48,268 nucleotides of DNA, taken from Acidobacteriota bacterium (GTDB lineage: Bacteria > Acidobacteriota > Vicinamibacteria > Vicinamibacterales > UBA2999). The stretch spans positions 1 through 48,268 of the forward strand of contig JANMUX010000110.1 of the NCBI GenBank assembly GCA_031392125.1, written 5' to 3'. Position numbers and translations under genes: made by a program. Under the pieces are notes generated by a model. The model saw only the letters and a list, made by a program, of their open reading frames with translations. It ran no database searches and had not been told where the DNA came from. The first letter of the stretch is position 1. Every line of letters begins with the position of its first letter. Of this stretch, positions 19,111 to 28,414 are shown piece after piece.

Positions 19111-19766
19111 GACGCCCCGACTGGCAGCGGCACAAATCGGACGAGGTCGCCAGGGGACAACAGGCTGGGCTGCGATCGGGCGGCATCGAACATGACGCTC
19201 GAGGTGCGGCCGATCAGTTGCCATCCCCCCGGGCTCGCCACCGGGTAGACGCCGGTTTGGTAACCCGCAATTCCGACCGAGCCTGCGGGCACTCGCTCGC
19301 GCGGCACCCGGTGCCGAGGCATCGCAATCACGGCGTCGACCCGGCCCATGTAGGCGAAGCCGGGAACGAAGCCGAGCATATAGACACGATACGTCTGCGA
19401 GGCGTGACGGTCGATCACCTCCGCGGGTGAACAACCGGCGAGTGATGCCACGGCATCGAGGTCTGGACCATCTTCCCCGCCGTAGTGCACTCCGATCTCG
19501 ATCGGCGTGCTCGCGGGCAACACCTCCCCGCCGCTGAAACTTGCCGCGTCAGACGCGATCGCCGCTTCGAGCCCCCGGAGGTCGGTCTGCAAGGGATCGA
19601 AATGCACGCCGACCGTGCAATAGCCGGGCGCGACGTCGCGGACGCCTGGAGCGCCTCGTGCGCGCAGCCGCGACGCCAACGCAATGACCCGCTCGTTCAC
19701 TGCGGGATCGATCACCTGCTCGAACTCGATCAGCAGCATCGAATCGCCGCACTCGCGGATCTTCAT
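19107..19766 (-). CDS. pxpB: 5-oxoprolinase subunit B / allophanate hydrolase subunit 1 (KipI family)
   Basis: GD..LLIEF, YGG..GPDL..VA, Y.VYMLGF.PGFAY, PR..VPAGSVGIAG.QTG.YP..SPGGWQLIGRT. Confidence 0.93.
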   Translation of the reverse strand: MKIRECGDSMLLIEFEQVIDPAVNERVIALASRLRARGAPGVRDVAPGYCTVGVHFDPLQTDLRGLEAAIASDAASFSGGEVLPASTPIEIGVHYGGEDGPDLDAVASLAGCSPAEVIDRHASQTYRVYMLGFVPGFAYMGRVDAVIAMPRHRVPRERVPAGSVGIAGYQTGVYPVASPGGWQLIGRTSSVMFDAARSQPSLLSPGDLVRFVPLPVGAS

Positions 19767-21157
19767 TGCAAAGCGCCCAGCAGCTTGCCGTGAATTCCTC
19801 CAAAGCCGCCATTAGACATCACCACGATGACGTCGCCATCGCGCGCTTCCGCCGAGACGGCCGTGACGATCGCGTCGACATCGGGCAGGTGACGGGCCGC
19901 GACGTGCCGCGACCGCAGATCGGCGACCAGTGTCGCTTCTGACAGCCTCTCCTCAGCCGGCAGGCTCGAGCGAAAGATCGACGCCAGCACGACCTCGTCC
20001 GCGCCCGAGAACGCGCGCGCGAAGTCGTCCTGGAAGACGCGGCGGCACGACGAGGCCGAGCGTGGCTCGAAGATCGCCCAGATGCGCCGAGCGCCTACCG
20101 AGCGCCGTAACGCCTTGAGCGTTTCCTCCACTGCCGTGGGATGGTGGGCGAAATCGTCGTAAACGGTGATCCCACGGACCTCTCCCACCACTTCGAGCCG
20201 CCGCTTGACGCCGGCGAAGGCGGCCAGCCCCGCCCGAAGCGCATCGATCGGCAGACCGAGTTCTGACCCCACCGCGATTGCTGCCAAGGCGTTACGGACG
20301 TTATGTTCGCCCAGCATCCCCATGCGAAAGCGGCCATGATCGCGCGTTCCTTGGACGACGGTAAACGCCGTGTCGGCGCTGCTGGCGACGTCCACGGCGC
20401 GCCAGTCGGCCGACTCTGCCAGGCCAAACGTCTGCACCCTGCTGCGCGCGAAAGGGGCGAGGGCGGCCGCATCTGGGCTATCGATCCCAAGCAGTGTCAG
20501 GCCGCTCTGCGGTACCAGGTTGACCAGCCGCTTGAAGGCCAGGCGCACTTCATCGAGGTTGGCGTAGATATCCGCATGGTCGAACTCGATGTTGTTGACG
20601 ACGGCGATGTCGGGCAGGTATTTCAGGAACTTGGCGGTCTTGTCGAAATAGGCGCTGTCGTACTCGTCGCCTTCGATCACGAAGGCCTTGCCCTTGCCGA
20701 CCCGGTAGCTGGCCCCGTCGCGACCGAAGTTTCGCGCGATGCCACCAATCAGCACGGTGGGGTCGGCGCCGGCCGCCGTCAGCAGCCAGCCGGTCAACGA
20801 CGTGGTCGTGGTCTTGCCGTGGGTGCCGGCAATCACGATTGATTGCGCATTCCAGAGCCACTGATCGCGAATGGCCTCGGGCAGCGAGGTGTATCGCAGG
20901 TTGCGATCGAGCACCGCCTCGAGTTCGGCGTTGCCGCGCGAGATCGCGTTGCCGACTACCACCAGATCGAGGTCACCGGCGACGTGAGCAGGCCGGTAGC
21001 CCTCCAGTACGGTGATGCCCTCGGCAGCCAGGAAGTCGCTCATCGGCGGATAGACGTGCTCGTCAGACCCGCTCACATCGTTGCCGGCGTGCTTCAACAG
21101 CGCTGCCAGGGTCGCCATGGCTGTTCCACAGACGCCGATCAGGTGGATGCGCGCCAC
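19763..21157 (-). CDS. mpl: UDP-MurNAc:murein tripeptide ligase Mpl
   Basis: IHLIGVCGTAM, YPPMS, GNAISRGN, AGTHGKTTT, EGDEYDSAYFDK..KF, DDFAHHPTA, FEPRS, MSNGGFGG. Confidence 0.93.
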   Translation of the reverse strand: MARIHLIGVCGTAMATLAALLKHAGNDVSGSDEHVYPPMSDFLAAEGITVLEGYRPAHVAGDLDLVVVGNAISRGNAELEAVLDRNLRYTSLPEAIRDQWLWNAQSIVIAGTHGKTTTTSLTGWLLTAAGADPTVLIGGIARNFGRDGASYRVGKGKAFVIEGDEYDSAYFDKTAKFLKYLPDIAVVNNIEFDHADIYANLDEVRLAFKRLVNLVPQSGLTLLGIDSPDAAALAPFARSRVQTFGLAESADWRAVDVASSADTAFTVVQGTRDHGRFRMGMLGEHNVRNALAAIAVGSELGLPIDALRAGLAAFAGVKRRLEVVGEVRGITVYDDFAHHPTAVEETLKALRRSVGARRIWAIFEPRSASSCRRVFQDDFARAFSGADEVVLASIFRSSLPAEERLSEATLVADLRSRHVAARHLPDVDAIVTAVSAEARDGDVIVVMSNGGFGGIHGKLLGALQ

Positions 21158-22077
21158 TATTCGACCGCCGTTTCAAGCACCCGAACCACCGGTGACGGTC
21201 CGCCCACGACCTCGGCTCGCACGCCGAAAGGCAGGGTCCACGTTGGTCCGCTGGTGTGGCCTGATGGGAAATTGAACAAGACAGGCCCTCGGAACTCCGC
21301 GGTGAAGTCGCGCAGGACGTCGCGAATCGCCGGTGCGCCGCCGGCTTCGTCGCAACCGGGAAACTCGCCGAAGACGACCGCCGCCGCGTTGGCGAAGAGG
21401 CCCGCCTGGGAGGCCTGTGTCAGCAAACGGTGAATGCGGTACGGCCGCTCGCCAATGTCTTCAAGGAAGAGTATGGCTCCCGGTGGCGGGTCGAATTGCC
21501 ACGGAGTGCCCATCGACGCCATCAGCTGCGTCAGCGTGCCTCCGACCATGACGCCCGATCGAGTCCCGGCGTGAAGGGTCTCGAGTTGTGGCGGCATGAA
21601 GTCGCCGGCCGGTTCCGCTTGCATCAGCACGCGCTGGAACGAGTCGACGTCGTATCCAGAGGGACCCTTCGAGAGCCGCCGATCGACCATGGGACCGTGG
21701 ATTGCGGGCAAACCGTGCCGCACGTAAAAGTTGAGCAGCGAGGTGATGTCGCTGTAACCGATCAGGGCTTTTCTCGACGCGATCAGTTCAGCAGGATCGA
21801 GAAACGGCAGCAGTTGGGCGCTTCCGTATCCGCCTCGAATCGCGATCAAGGCGGCAATGCCTGGATCCCTCCAGGCCTTGAGAATGCCGTCGACGCGCGT
21901 CGCCACCGACCCGGCTTCGAACGTCGCCTTGTCGAAGATTCCGTCGACCCAGACGGCCTCGAGACCAAGCCGCATCAGCTCCTTCACGCCGGCGGGCACC
22001 TCTTCGGGAGGAAACGAGCTGGCGGGCGCGACGAGCGCCACGCGATCGCCCGGCTTCAAACGGCGCAGGCGAATCAC
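21157..22077 (-). CDS. ldcA: LD-carboxypeptidase (peptidase S66)
   Basis: GD.VALVAPAS, RGGYGS, GYSDIT, HGPM, LFLED.GE, GH. Confidence 0.92.
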   Translation of the reverse strand: MIRLRRLKPGDRVALVAPASSFPPEEVPAGVKELMRLGLEAVWVDGIFDKATFEAGSVATRVDGILKAWRDPGIAALIAIRGGYGSAQLLPFLDPAELIASRKALIGYSDITSLLNFYVRHGLPAIHGPMVDRRLSKGPSGYDVDSFQRVLMQAEPAGDFMPPQLETLHAGTRSGVMVGGTLTQLMASMGTPWQFDPPPGAILFLEDIGERPYRIHRLLTQASQAGLFANAAAVVFGEFPGCDEAGGAPAIRDVLRDFTAEFRGPVLFNFPSGHTSGPTWTLPFGVRAEVVGGPSPVVRVLETAVE

Positions 22078-23174
22078 AAGAACGCCGCCATCTCGGCGGC
22101 GACCATCTGGTGCTCCTCGCGTCCGAGCACCTGGCGCAGATCGCGAATGCGGCGCGCCGCCCCCGGCCGCTCGCCCATCAGGAATCGATCCTTTGCCCGT
22201 CGCAGCCTCAGGAACGCATCGTCAAACCGCGCGGCGCTGATCACCCCGGACTCGATGGCCCGGACCAGCGCTTCCAGTGTGCGGGCCTGCAGATCGAGAT
22301 CGCCGCTGCAGATGAGAATGCCGTCGCAGCCCGCTCGAATGGCTTCGACGGCCGATTCCGGAACCGGATACTGCGCACTGACCGCCTTCATTTCGAGATC
22401 GTCGCTAAGGATCACGCCCTCGAACCCCAGCTCGTCACGCAGCAGCGCCTGCACCACCTTGTGCGAGAGCGTGGCTGGACGCTCTTCATCGAAGGCCGGC
22501 ACCAGGACATGGGCGGTCATGATGAAGGCGACTTTCTCGGCGATGGCGGCGCGAAACGGTTCGAATTCGATCGCTCGCAGCCGGTCGGGCGGAAGTTCGA
22601 CCAGCGGCAACTCAAAATGGGAATCGGTGCTGGTGTCGCCGTGGCCCGGGAAGTGTTTGCCGCAGGCAGCGACGCCGGAAGCCTGCAGCGCCTTGATGAT
22701 TACGCGGCCCAGGCGCGCTACATCTTCGCCGCGTTCGGCCAGCGCGCGGTCGCCAATGACCGGATTCTTCGGGTTGGTGTGAATGTCCAGCACTGGCGCG
22801 TAGTCCAGCGTGATGCCAACCGCCCTTAACTCGCCCGCCAGCGCCGTCGCGAACCGCTCGGCCAGCCTGTCGCCTTCGCCGCCAGCGCGGCCGAGGGTCG
22901 CCATCGGCGGCCACTTGGTGAACGGCTCCTTCAACCGGGCCACCCGTCCCCCCTCCTGGTCCACGCTGACCCAGGCTGGCATCACGCGGCCGAGCGCTTC
23001 GCTTTCCGCCGCCAACTCGGCTACCTGCTCGGGCGCCTCGATGTTGCGGCCAAACAGAATCACGCCGCCCAGATCGAACTCCCTGGCGAGTGATCGCATC
23101 TCCACCGGCATGGTGCGATCTGGAATGCTGCCGATCAGGAACTGGCCGATGTCGCGTCTCGAGGCTAAGGGCAT
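22074..23174 (-). CDS. nagZ: Beta-N-acetylhexosaminidase (GH3)
   Basis: GGVILFGRN, DQEGGRV.R, APVLD, KHFPGHG.T..DSH, SDDLEM.A. Confidence 0.95.
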   Translation of the reverse strand: MPLASRRDIGQFLIGSIPDRTMPVEMRSLAREFDLGGVILFGRNIEAPEQVAELAAESEALGRVMPAWVSVDQEGGRVARLKEPFTKWPPMATLGRAGGEGDRLAERFATALAGELRAVGITLDYAPVLDIHTNPKNPVIGDRALAERGEDVARLGRVIIKALQASGVAACGKHFPGHGDTSTDSHFELPLVELPPDRLRAIEFEPFRAAIAEKVAFIMTAHVLVPAFDEERPATLSHKVVQALLRDELGFEGVILSDDLEMKAVSAQYPVPESAVEAIRAGCDGILICSGDLDLQARTLEALVRAIESGVISAARFDDAFLRLRRAKDRFLMGERPGAARRIRDLRQVLGREEHQMVAAEMAAFL

Positions 23175-23185
23175 GGCGTTCTGGG

Positions 23186-23195
23186 AATTATAATT
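23186..23195. promoter_or_regulatory. Palindromic bidirectional -10 element
   Basis: AATTATAATT contains TATAAT on both strands within the 27-bp gap between divergent nagZ and the GHMP kinase. Confidence 0.7.
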
Positions 23196-23201
23196 GCCGT
23201 C

Positions 23202-24194
23202 GTGCGAATCTCAGCGTCGGCTCCGACACGAATTGATCTGGCGGGCGGCACCATCGACATCTGGCCGCTATACCTCTTTCACCCCGGCGCCCAGACGCTG
23301 CACGTCGCCATCAGCCTGCGTGCCCACGCGTGGATTGAACGGCGGCCCGACGATCGCATCGAGCTCATCTCGGAAGACACCAACCGCATGGTGAACCTGC
23401 CAGCCGATCAGCTCAGCGCAGATGAGACGCTACCGTTGCTGGGACGGCTGGTCCACCGCTTCGGCGGGCACGGGCTGTGCCTCACCACGCGTGGCGAATC
23501 GCCGGCCGGGGCCGGTATCGCCGGCTCGTCAGCGCTCAACATCGCCATCTGTGGCGCGCTCGCGCGCTTCATGGGCGAGGATCTCGACCCCGACGCCCTG
23601 ATGGACGTCGCCAAGGATGTGGAGGCCCAGGTCATCCGGGTGCCGACGGGCCTCCAGGACTACCGCCCCGCGATGTACGGAGGCATTGCCGCCTTGGAAC
23701 TGCAGGCCGGGCGCCCGGTGCGGGTCCCGCTGGAGGTTGACCCGGTGCAGCTGCAGCGACGCCTCGTCCTCTGCTACACCGGCGAACCGCGTAACTCGGG
23801 CACCAACAACTGGGACATCACCAAGCGCCACATCGACGGCGACCGCCATGTCTTCGACTGCTTCGAGCGTATTCGTGACACCGCGGCAGCCATGCGCGCC
23901 GCGCTGGTCAAGGGGGACTGGGAGGCTACCGCGAGTTGCCTGGCGACCGAGTGGGAAAACCGCAAGCGCCTGGCCCCGGGCGTGACGACGCCGGCAATTG
24001 AGGCGCTGATCGCGCGTGCCATGGCCGCCGGCGCACAAGGCGCCAAGGTCTGCGGCGCGGGCGGAGGTGGCTGCCTGTTCTGCATGGCCCCGCCCGACCA
24101 TGTGGCGGCAGTGCGCGAGGCCCTCGCCGACGGCGGTGCCAGCGTCCTCGACTTCCAAATCGAAACCACCGGTTTGAGTGTCGTCGAGGAATGA
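23202..24194 (+). CDS. GHMP-family sugar kinase (HddA-like)
   Basis: APTRIDLAGGT.D, SPAGAGIAGSSA, TG.QDY, GAKVCGAGGGG. Confidence 0.88.
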   Translation: MRISASAPTRIDLAGGTIDIWPLYLFHPGAQTLHVAISLRAHAWIERRPDDRIELISEDTNRMVNLPADQLSADETLPLLGRLVHRFGGHGLCLTTRGESPAGAGIAGSSALNIAICGALARFMGEDLDPDALMDVAKDVEAQVIRVPTGLQDYRPAMYGGIAALELQAGRPVRVPLEVDPVQLQRRLVLCYTGEPRNSGTNNWDITKRHIDGDRHVFDCFERIRDTAAAMRAALVKGDWEATASCLATEWENRKRLAPGVTTPAIEALIARAMAAGAQGAKVCGAGGGGCLFCMAPPDHVAAVREALADGGASVLDFQIETTGLSVVEE

Positions 24195-25930
24195 GCGCTG
24201 CCCTGCCGGCTCCACTGGATAATCGTGCAGTCGCCCGCGTGCTGCTCGAGATCGCCGACCTGCTCGAACTAAAGGGCGAGAATCCATTCAAGATCCGCGC
24301 GTACCGCAATGGCGCCGACGTGGTTGCCCACGCCGCCGAGGCGGCGGCGGGACTGGATGAGGCCGGGCTGCGAGCCTGGTCGGGCATTGGGAAAGACCTC
24401 GCGACGCGGATTCGCGACATCGCCCTCACCGGGACCTGCGAAATAAGGATCGCGCTGCTGAAGGAGTTTCCGGAGACGCTGCTCGATGTCTTGCGGCTGC
24501 AGGGTGTCGGCCCCAAGACCGTGGCATTGCTCTACAAGGAACTCCACATCAAGAGCCTCGCGGACCTGGGCGAGGCGGCCAAGGCGGGACGCATTCGCGG
24601 CATCAAGGGGATGGGCGCCAAGAAGGAGGAGCTGATCCTCAAGGCGCTCGACGAACGACAGCGTCACGCCGGGCGCCACCTCCTCGCCAAGGCGAGCGAC
24701 GTAGCCGACGCGCTCGTTGCCTACCTGTCGGAGCACGCCCCCGCTGCGACGATCGTTGCCGTCGGCAGTGTTCGCCGAGGCGCCGAGACCAGCGGCGATC
24801 TGGATCTGCTGGCCAGCGGCGCCGACGCGACCTTGGCAGACGCGTTCGTCACCTACCCCACGGTGGAACGAGTGCTCGGGCACGGGCCAACCAAGGCGAG
24901 CGTGCTGCTGCGCGGCGGCTACCAGGCCGACCTTCGCATCGTGCTTTCCGATCAACGTGGCGCGGCCCTGCAGTACTTCACTGGTTCAAAGGCCCATAAC
25001 ATTGCCCTGCGCGACCGCGCGCTCGCACGCGGCTGGAAGCTCAACGAGTACGGGTTGTTCGATGCCAGCGAACAGGTCATTGCCGGCGCGACCGAAGAAG
25101 GCATTTACACGGCACTCGGTCTTGCATGGATATCCCCTGAACTTCGCGAGAACCGCGGCGAAATCGGCGCCGCTGCCGACAATACGCTGCCCGACCTGAT
25201 CAGCCAGAGGGATCTGCGCGGCGACGTGCACATGCACACCACCGAGTCGGATGGCCGCGAGAGCCTGGCCACCATGGCCGCCGCCGCCCAGGCCCGCGGG
25301 CTGCAGTACATCGCCATTACCGATCACACCCAATCGCTGGCAATGACCAACGGGCTCGACGAAGCCCGCACGTTCGCGGCAGCCGAGCGCATTCGCGCCT
25401 ACTCGGCAACGCTGAAAGGGTTCACGGTGCTCGCCGGAATCGAGTGCGACATTCTCGCTGACGGCCGGCTCGATCTCGAAGACGACTGCCTTGCCGCCCT
25501 TGACGTCGTCGTCGCCTCCGTACACTCGGCGATGCAGCAGGACGAGGACGAGATGACTGCGCGCGTGATCAGGGCGATCGAGCATCCAGCAGTGGACATC
25601 ATCGGCCACCTGACGGGACGCATGCTGCTGCGCCGGGAACCATCGCGGGTCAACATCGAGAAGGTGATCGACGCCGCCGCGGCCAATGGGGTGGCGCTCG
25701 AGATCAATTCGCAGCCGTACCGGCTGGACATTTCCGACAGCCACGCGCGTCTCGCGAGGGACCGCGGCGTGAAGATTGCCATCAATTCAGATGCGCACGA
25801 GATCGAGGCCCTCGGCTTTACGCGCTGGGGTGTCTTGACCGCCCGCCGCGCCTGGCTGGGTAAGGACGACGTGATCAACACGCTGCCGTTGGCCGCCTTT
25901 CGCAAGGCCCTTCGGCGTAACCGGGGCTGA
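24191..25930 (+). CDS. polX: DNA polymerase X / PHP 3'-5' exonuclease
   Basis: GENPFKIRAY, GVGPK, GS.RR..ET.GDLD, LQYFTGSK.HN, PELRE, HMHT..SDG, TDH, EIN, NSDAH. Confidence 0.95.
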   Translation: MSAALPAPLDNRAVARVLLEIADLLELKGENPFKIRAYRNGADVVAHAAEAAAGLDEAGLRAWSGIGKDLATRIRDIALTGTCEIRIALLKEFPETLLDVLRLQGVGPKTVALLYKELHIKSLADLGEAAKAGRIRGIKGMGAKKEELILKALDERQRHAGRHLLAKASDVADALVAYLSEHAPAATIVAVGSVRRGAETSGDLDLLASGADATLADAFVTYPTVERVLGHGPTKASVLLRGGYQADLRIVLSDQRGAALQYFTGSKAHNIALRDRALARGWKLNEYGLFDASEQVIAGATEEGIYTALGLAWISPELRENRGEIGAAADNTLPDLISQRDLRGDVHMHTTESDGRESLATMAAAAQARGLQYIAITDHTQSLAMTNGLDEARTFAAAERIRAYSATLKGFTVLAGIECDILADGRLDLEDDCLAALDVVVASVHSAMQQDEDEMTARVIRAIEHPAVDIIGHLTGRMLLRREPSRVNIEKVIDAAAANGVALEINSQPYRLDISDSHARLARDRGVKIAINSDAHEIEALGFTRWGVLTARRAWLGKDDVINTLPLAAFRKALRRNRG

Positions 25931-25934
25931 CCCG

Positions 25935-25940
25935 TATAAT
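25935..25940 (+). promoter_or_regulatory. -10 box for a probable leaderless small gene
   Basis: TATAAT 7 nt before the ATG at 25948; no Shine-Dalgarno. Confidence 0.6.
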
Positions 25941-25947
25941 CCACCCC

Positions 25948-26238
25948 ATGGATCCGGTCGCGGAAATCAAGAAGCTCTATTACGGCGCCACCAGGGCCAC
26001 CATCGCGCGCGATGTCGATCGCGCGATCGACCTGTTGAAGTCGATGCCGAACGAGGAAGAACGCGAACGGGTCGCGGTCTACATGGATGGACTGTCGCAG
26101 ATGCGGTCGGAGTGGGCGCAGGCGATGCGCGGCGGCGTGGCTAGTGCCGGGCCGACGACAGGCGCTTCCGCGCCGCGAGGCGCAGGGCCTCGGCCACGTT
26201 CCGGTCCGTCGAAAGCTTCCGCACGTCGCTCTCGGTGA
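25948..26238 (+). CDS. Small hypothetical protein
   Basis: About 60-aa helical core plus a low-complexity tail; has its own -10 box; the tail overlaps the convergent gene by 98 bp. Confidence 0.7.
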   Translation: MDPVAEIKKLYYGATRATIARDVDRAIDLLKSMPNEEERERVAVYMDGLSQMRSEWAQAMRGGVASAGPTTGASAPRGAGPRPRSGPSKASARRSR

Positions 26239-26917
26239 GGCGCTGCATCAAGTTCATCGACATCGCCACCGGGGTCTTCGAGTTCTTCACCAGGCTCAGG
26301 GTCACGCTGTAGTTCTTGGTCCACGCGCGGCTGCCGGCAATGGTCCGCAGAATGTCCTCCGAAACGTTCCCCATCTTCGCAAACGACTCGATCTCGGCGT
26401 CGTTCACCTTCGGACAGCTGAGCACCGCCGAGGCGACCATGCGGTTGGGATCGCGAATCAGCACCGACCGCATCTCACGGGTGCCTTTCATGGCGCACTT
26501 GACCTTTTCAGGCACTGACATCGATGCCAGGCGCTGCGTAAAGGTTTGCGACGACTCGCCCTCTTCCTGCCCGAAATCGGTCCCCGATTCGTCGGTATCG
26601 AGCAGCGGCTCGTCGAAATCCGGCGCTGGCGTGGCCGAAGGCGTGATGCCCCTGCTGATGAAGAACTCGCGCAGTTCTGTGGGGACGTCCGAACGGGCAA
26701 TAAAGCTGGCGACCAGTTCGTCTGGCAGCAATCGCAGGGTGGCGTTGGCCGTCTCGCGGATTTCCGAGTCGGCATCGCTTGTGAGAATCATCAGGAGGCC
26801 GAGCTGTTCGAGCGGCCGGGGCGCCACGGCACCCTGGGCAGCCATCAGCCGAACATCGCGCGCCACTTCACCGCGCCGGAAGAAATCCAGCAGCGGGGTG
26901 CGGAGGCCTGCGTCCAT
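26141..26917 (-). CDS. Conserved hypothetical helical-repeat protein
   Basis: 258 aa, coupled to the upstream gene; C-terminal SVPEKVK.A.KG.RE.R..LIRD.N..V..AVL..PK, WTKNY, KTP segment. Confidence 0.8.
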   Translation of the reverse strand: MDAGLRTPLLDFFRRGEVARDVRLMAAQGAVAPRPLEQLGLLMILTSDADSEIRETANATLRLLPDELVASFIARSDVPTELREFFISRGITPSATPAPDFDEPLLDTDESGTDFGQEEGESSQTFTQRLASMSVPEKVKCAMKGTREMRSVLIRDPNRMVASAVLSCPKVNDAEIESFAKMGNVSEDILRTIAGSRAWTKNYSVTLSLVKNSKTPVAMSMNLMQRLTESDVRKLSTDRNVAEALRLAARKRLSSARH

Positions 26918-27672
26918 CAGTAGCGAACCAGGTAGTCTTCGTAGTCGTCGCGGCCAATGCGGACCGACAGCACCTCACCAGGGGCGCCCAGCAGCCGTCC
27001 GGCCTGGCCATTGATGCTGAACTGCACTGCCGACGCGTTGTCGCCTAGCAGCCACAGTTCGTCGCCCAGTTCGATCGGCAGGCTCTCCCCCTGTTCCACC
27101 GTGCGGCCCAGCACCTCGCGGCCGTCCGCAACGATCCGCAGTTGGCAGCGCGACGACATCGTGAGCGTGACGACGACCGGACGCGGCTCGGCCATCGAGG
27201 CCGTTGAGAAGCCGCCGGCCGGCAGCACCTCTGCGCGCAGCCCCGGCAGCCTCGTGGTGGACTCGACCCGGGTCGCCGCGTCAGTCGCGCGAGCCGAGGG
27301 CCAGCCGAAGTAGGCGATGCCGGCAAGCAGTGGCAACAACGCGCCAGCCACCGCCACCACTTTCTGCAATGAACGAGAGCCGGGGGCCTGGACCTGGCAC
27401 ATCACCGCCGACTCGGGAGTCGGCAGGTCGCCAGGGTGCTCGGTTGAAAATTCGCTCAGTAACTGGTCGGGGTTCAAGCCGACTTCCCTGGCCACCGCAC
27501 GCACGATGGAGCGGCGATAGATCCCTTCGGGCAACGCGGACAGGCAGTCGTTCTCGAGCGCTTCGATCGTCCGGACCGACAACTTCGTCGTCTCCGCCAG
27601 TTGCCGGCAAGACAGACCTTTGGCTTCACGGGCCTGGCGCAGACGCGTGGCGGGACCGAGTGGGCGTTGCAT
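26917..27672 (-). CDS. RodZ-like protein (HTH, TM, DUF4115-like domain)
   Basis: LRQAREAKGLS...LAETTKLS...IEALE.....LPEGIY.R, a TM segment, GDNASAV..SING. Confidence 0.8.
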   Translation of the reverse strand: MQRPLGPATRLRQAREAKGLSCRQLAETTKLSVRTIEALENDCLSALPEGIYRRSIVRAVAREVGLNPDQLLSEFSTEHPGDLPTPESAVMCQVQAPGSRSLQKVVAVAGALLPLLAGIAYFGWPSARATDAATRVESTTRLPGLRAEVLPAGGFSTASMAEPRPVVVTLTMSSRCQLRIVADGREVLGRTVEQGESLPIELGDELWLLGDNASAVQFSINGQAGRLLGAPGEVLSVRIGRDDYEDYLVRY

Positions 27673-27745
27673 AGCTAATGCTGCAGTCGAAGAACGTTGG
27701 TTGATTGCCAGAACTGCCTATCTTTCAAGGGGGCAGAACGACATC

Positions 27746-28414
27746 TTAGGAAACCGTATGGGCCGAGTCAAACGCCAAACGCATGTTCTTGACCTGTTTC
27801 TGCACAAACTCCGACAAACCATCACTGGCTCCCGGCACGAACGCTCCGATGGCAGCGACCCCGGCTGCGCCACTAGCGGCCACGAAAGGAATCGATGGCA
27901 GGTCGATGCCCCCAATCGCCAGCACCGGGCGGCCGGCGGCGGCCTTCACCACGTCAGTCAGCCCAGTCCAGCCAAGGTAGACGCCCGGAGATTTCGAAAC
28001 GGTCGGCAGCACAGTACCCGCAATCAGGTAATCGGCAATCCCATCGGAAACTGTAGTCGCCGGGTTGTGAACAGACCGCCCGATCAGAAATCCGGGCGGG
28101 GCCGCAGATCGAGCGACTGCCGCGGTAAAGGAACGCTCCTTAAGGTGAACGCCCGCGGCTCCGGCGGCCAGGGCAACGTCGAGTCGGTCATTCACCAGCA
28201 ACCGCGTGGCCGTGTGCCGGTTGTCGGCCACTAGCACCCTCATCAGCCGGGTCAACTCGGCAGCCTCGAGATCCGGCTCCCGCACCTGCACCAAGTCCAC
28301 CCCGGCAGCAGAGGCGGCGAACACTTGTGCCCGGAGTGCGTCCACCCACTCCGCAGGACCCAGGCCGAGTGCCGCGCCAAGCCGACGCCGGTCGGTGACC
28401 AGGCAGAGCATCAT
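27746..28414 (-). CDS. thiE: Thiamine-phosphate synthase / TenI family protein
   Basis: LVTDR, VQVRE.DL, LLVNDRLDVALAAGAAGVHL, GRSVH, DY..AGTV.PT.SK, AIGGI. Confidence 0.8.
   Translation of the reverse strand: MMLCLVTDRRRLGAALGLGPAEWVDALRAQVFAASAAGVDLVQVREPDLEAAELTRLMRVLVADNRHTATRLLVNDRLDVALAAGAAGVHLKERSFTAAVARSAAPPGFLIGRSVHNPATTVSDGIADYLIAGTVLPTVSKSPGVYLGWTGLTDVVKAAAGRPVLAIGGIDLPSIPFVAASGAAGVAAIGAFVPGASDGLSEFVQKQVKNMRLAFDSAHTVS

Noticed and set aside
17225-19434. Apparent long N-terminal extensions or fusions of murB and pxpC (also ftsY and gpsA) in the ORF track
   Set aside because: Artefacts of choosing the furthest start; internal starts overlapping upstream stops give normal lengths.
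24191-25930. PolX as a catalytically altered variant
   Set aside because: The GDLD motif and PHP metal ligands appear intact.
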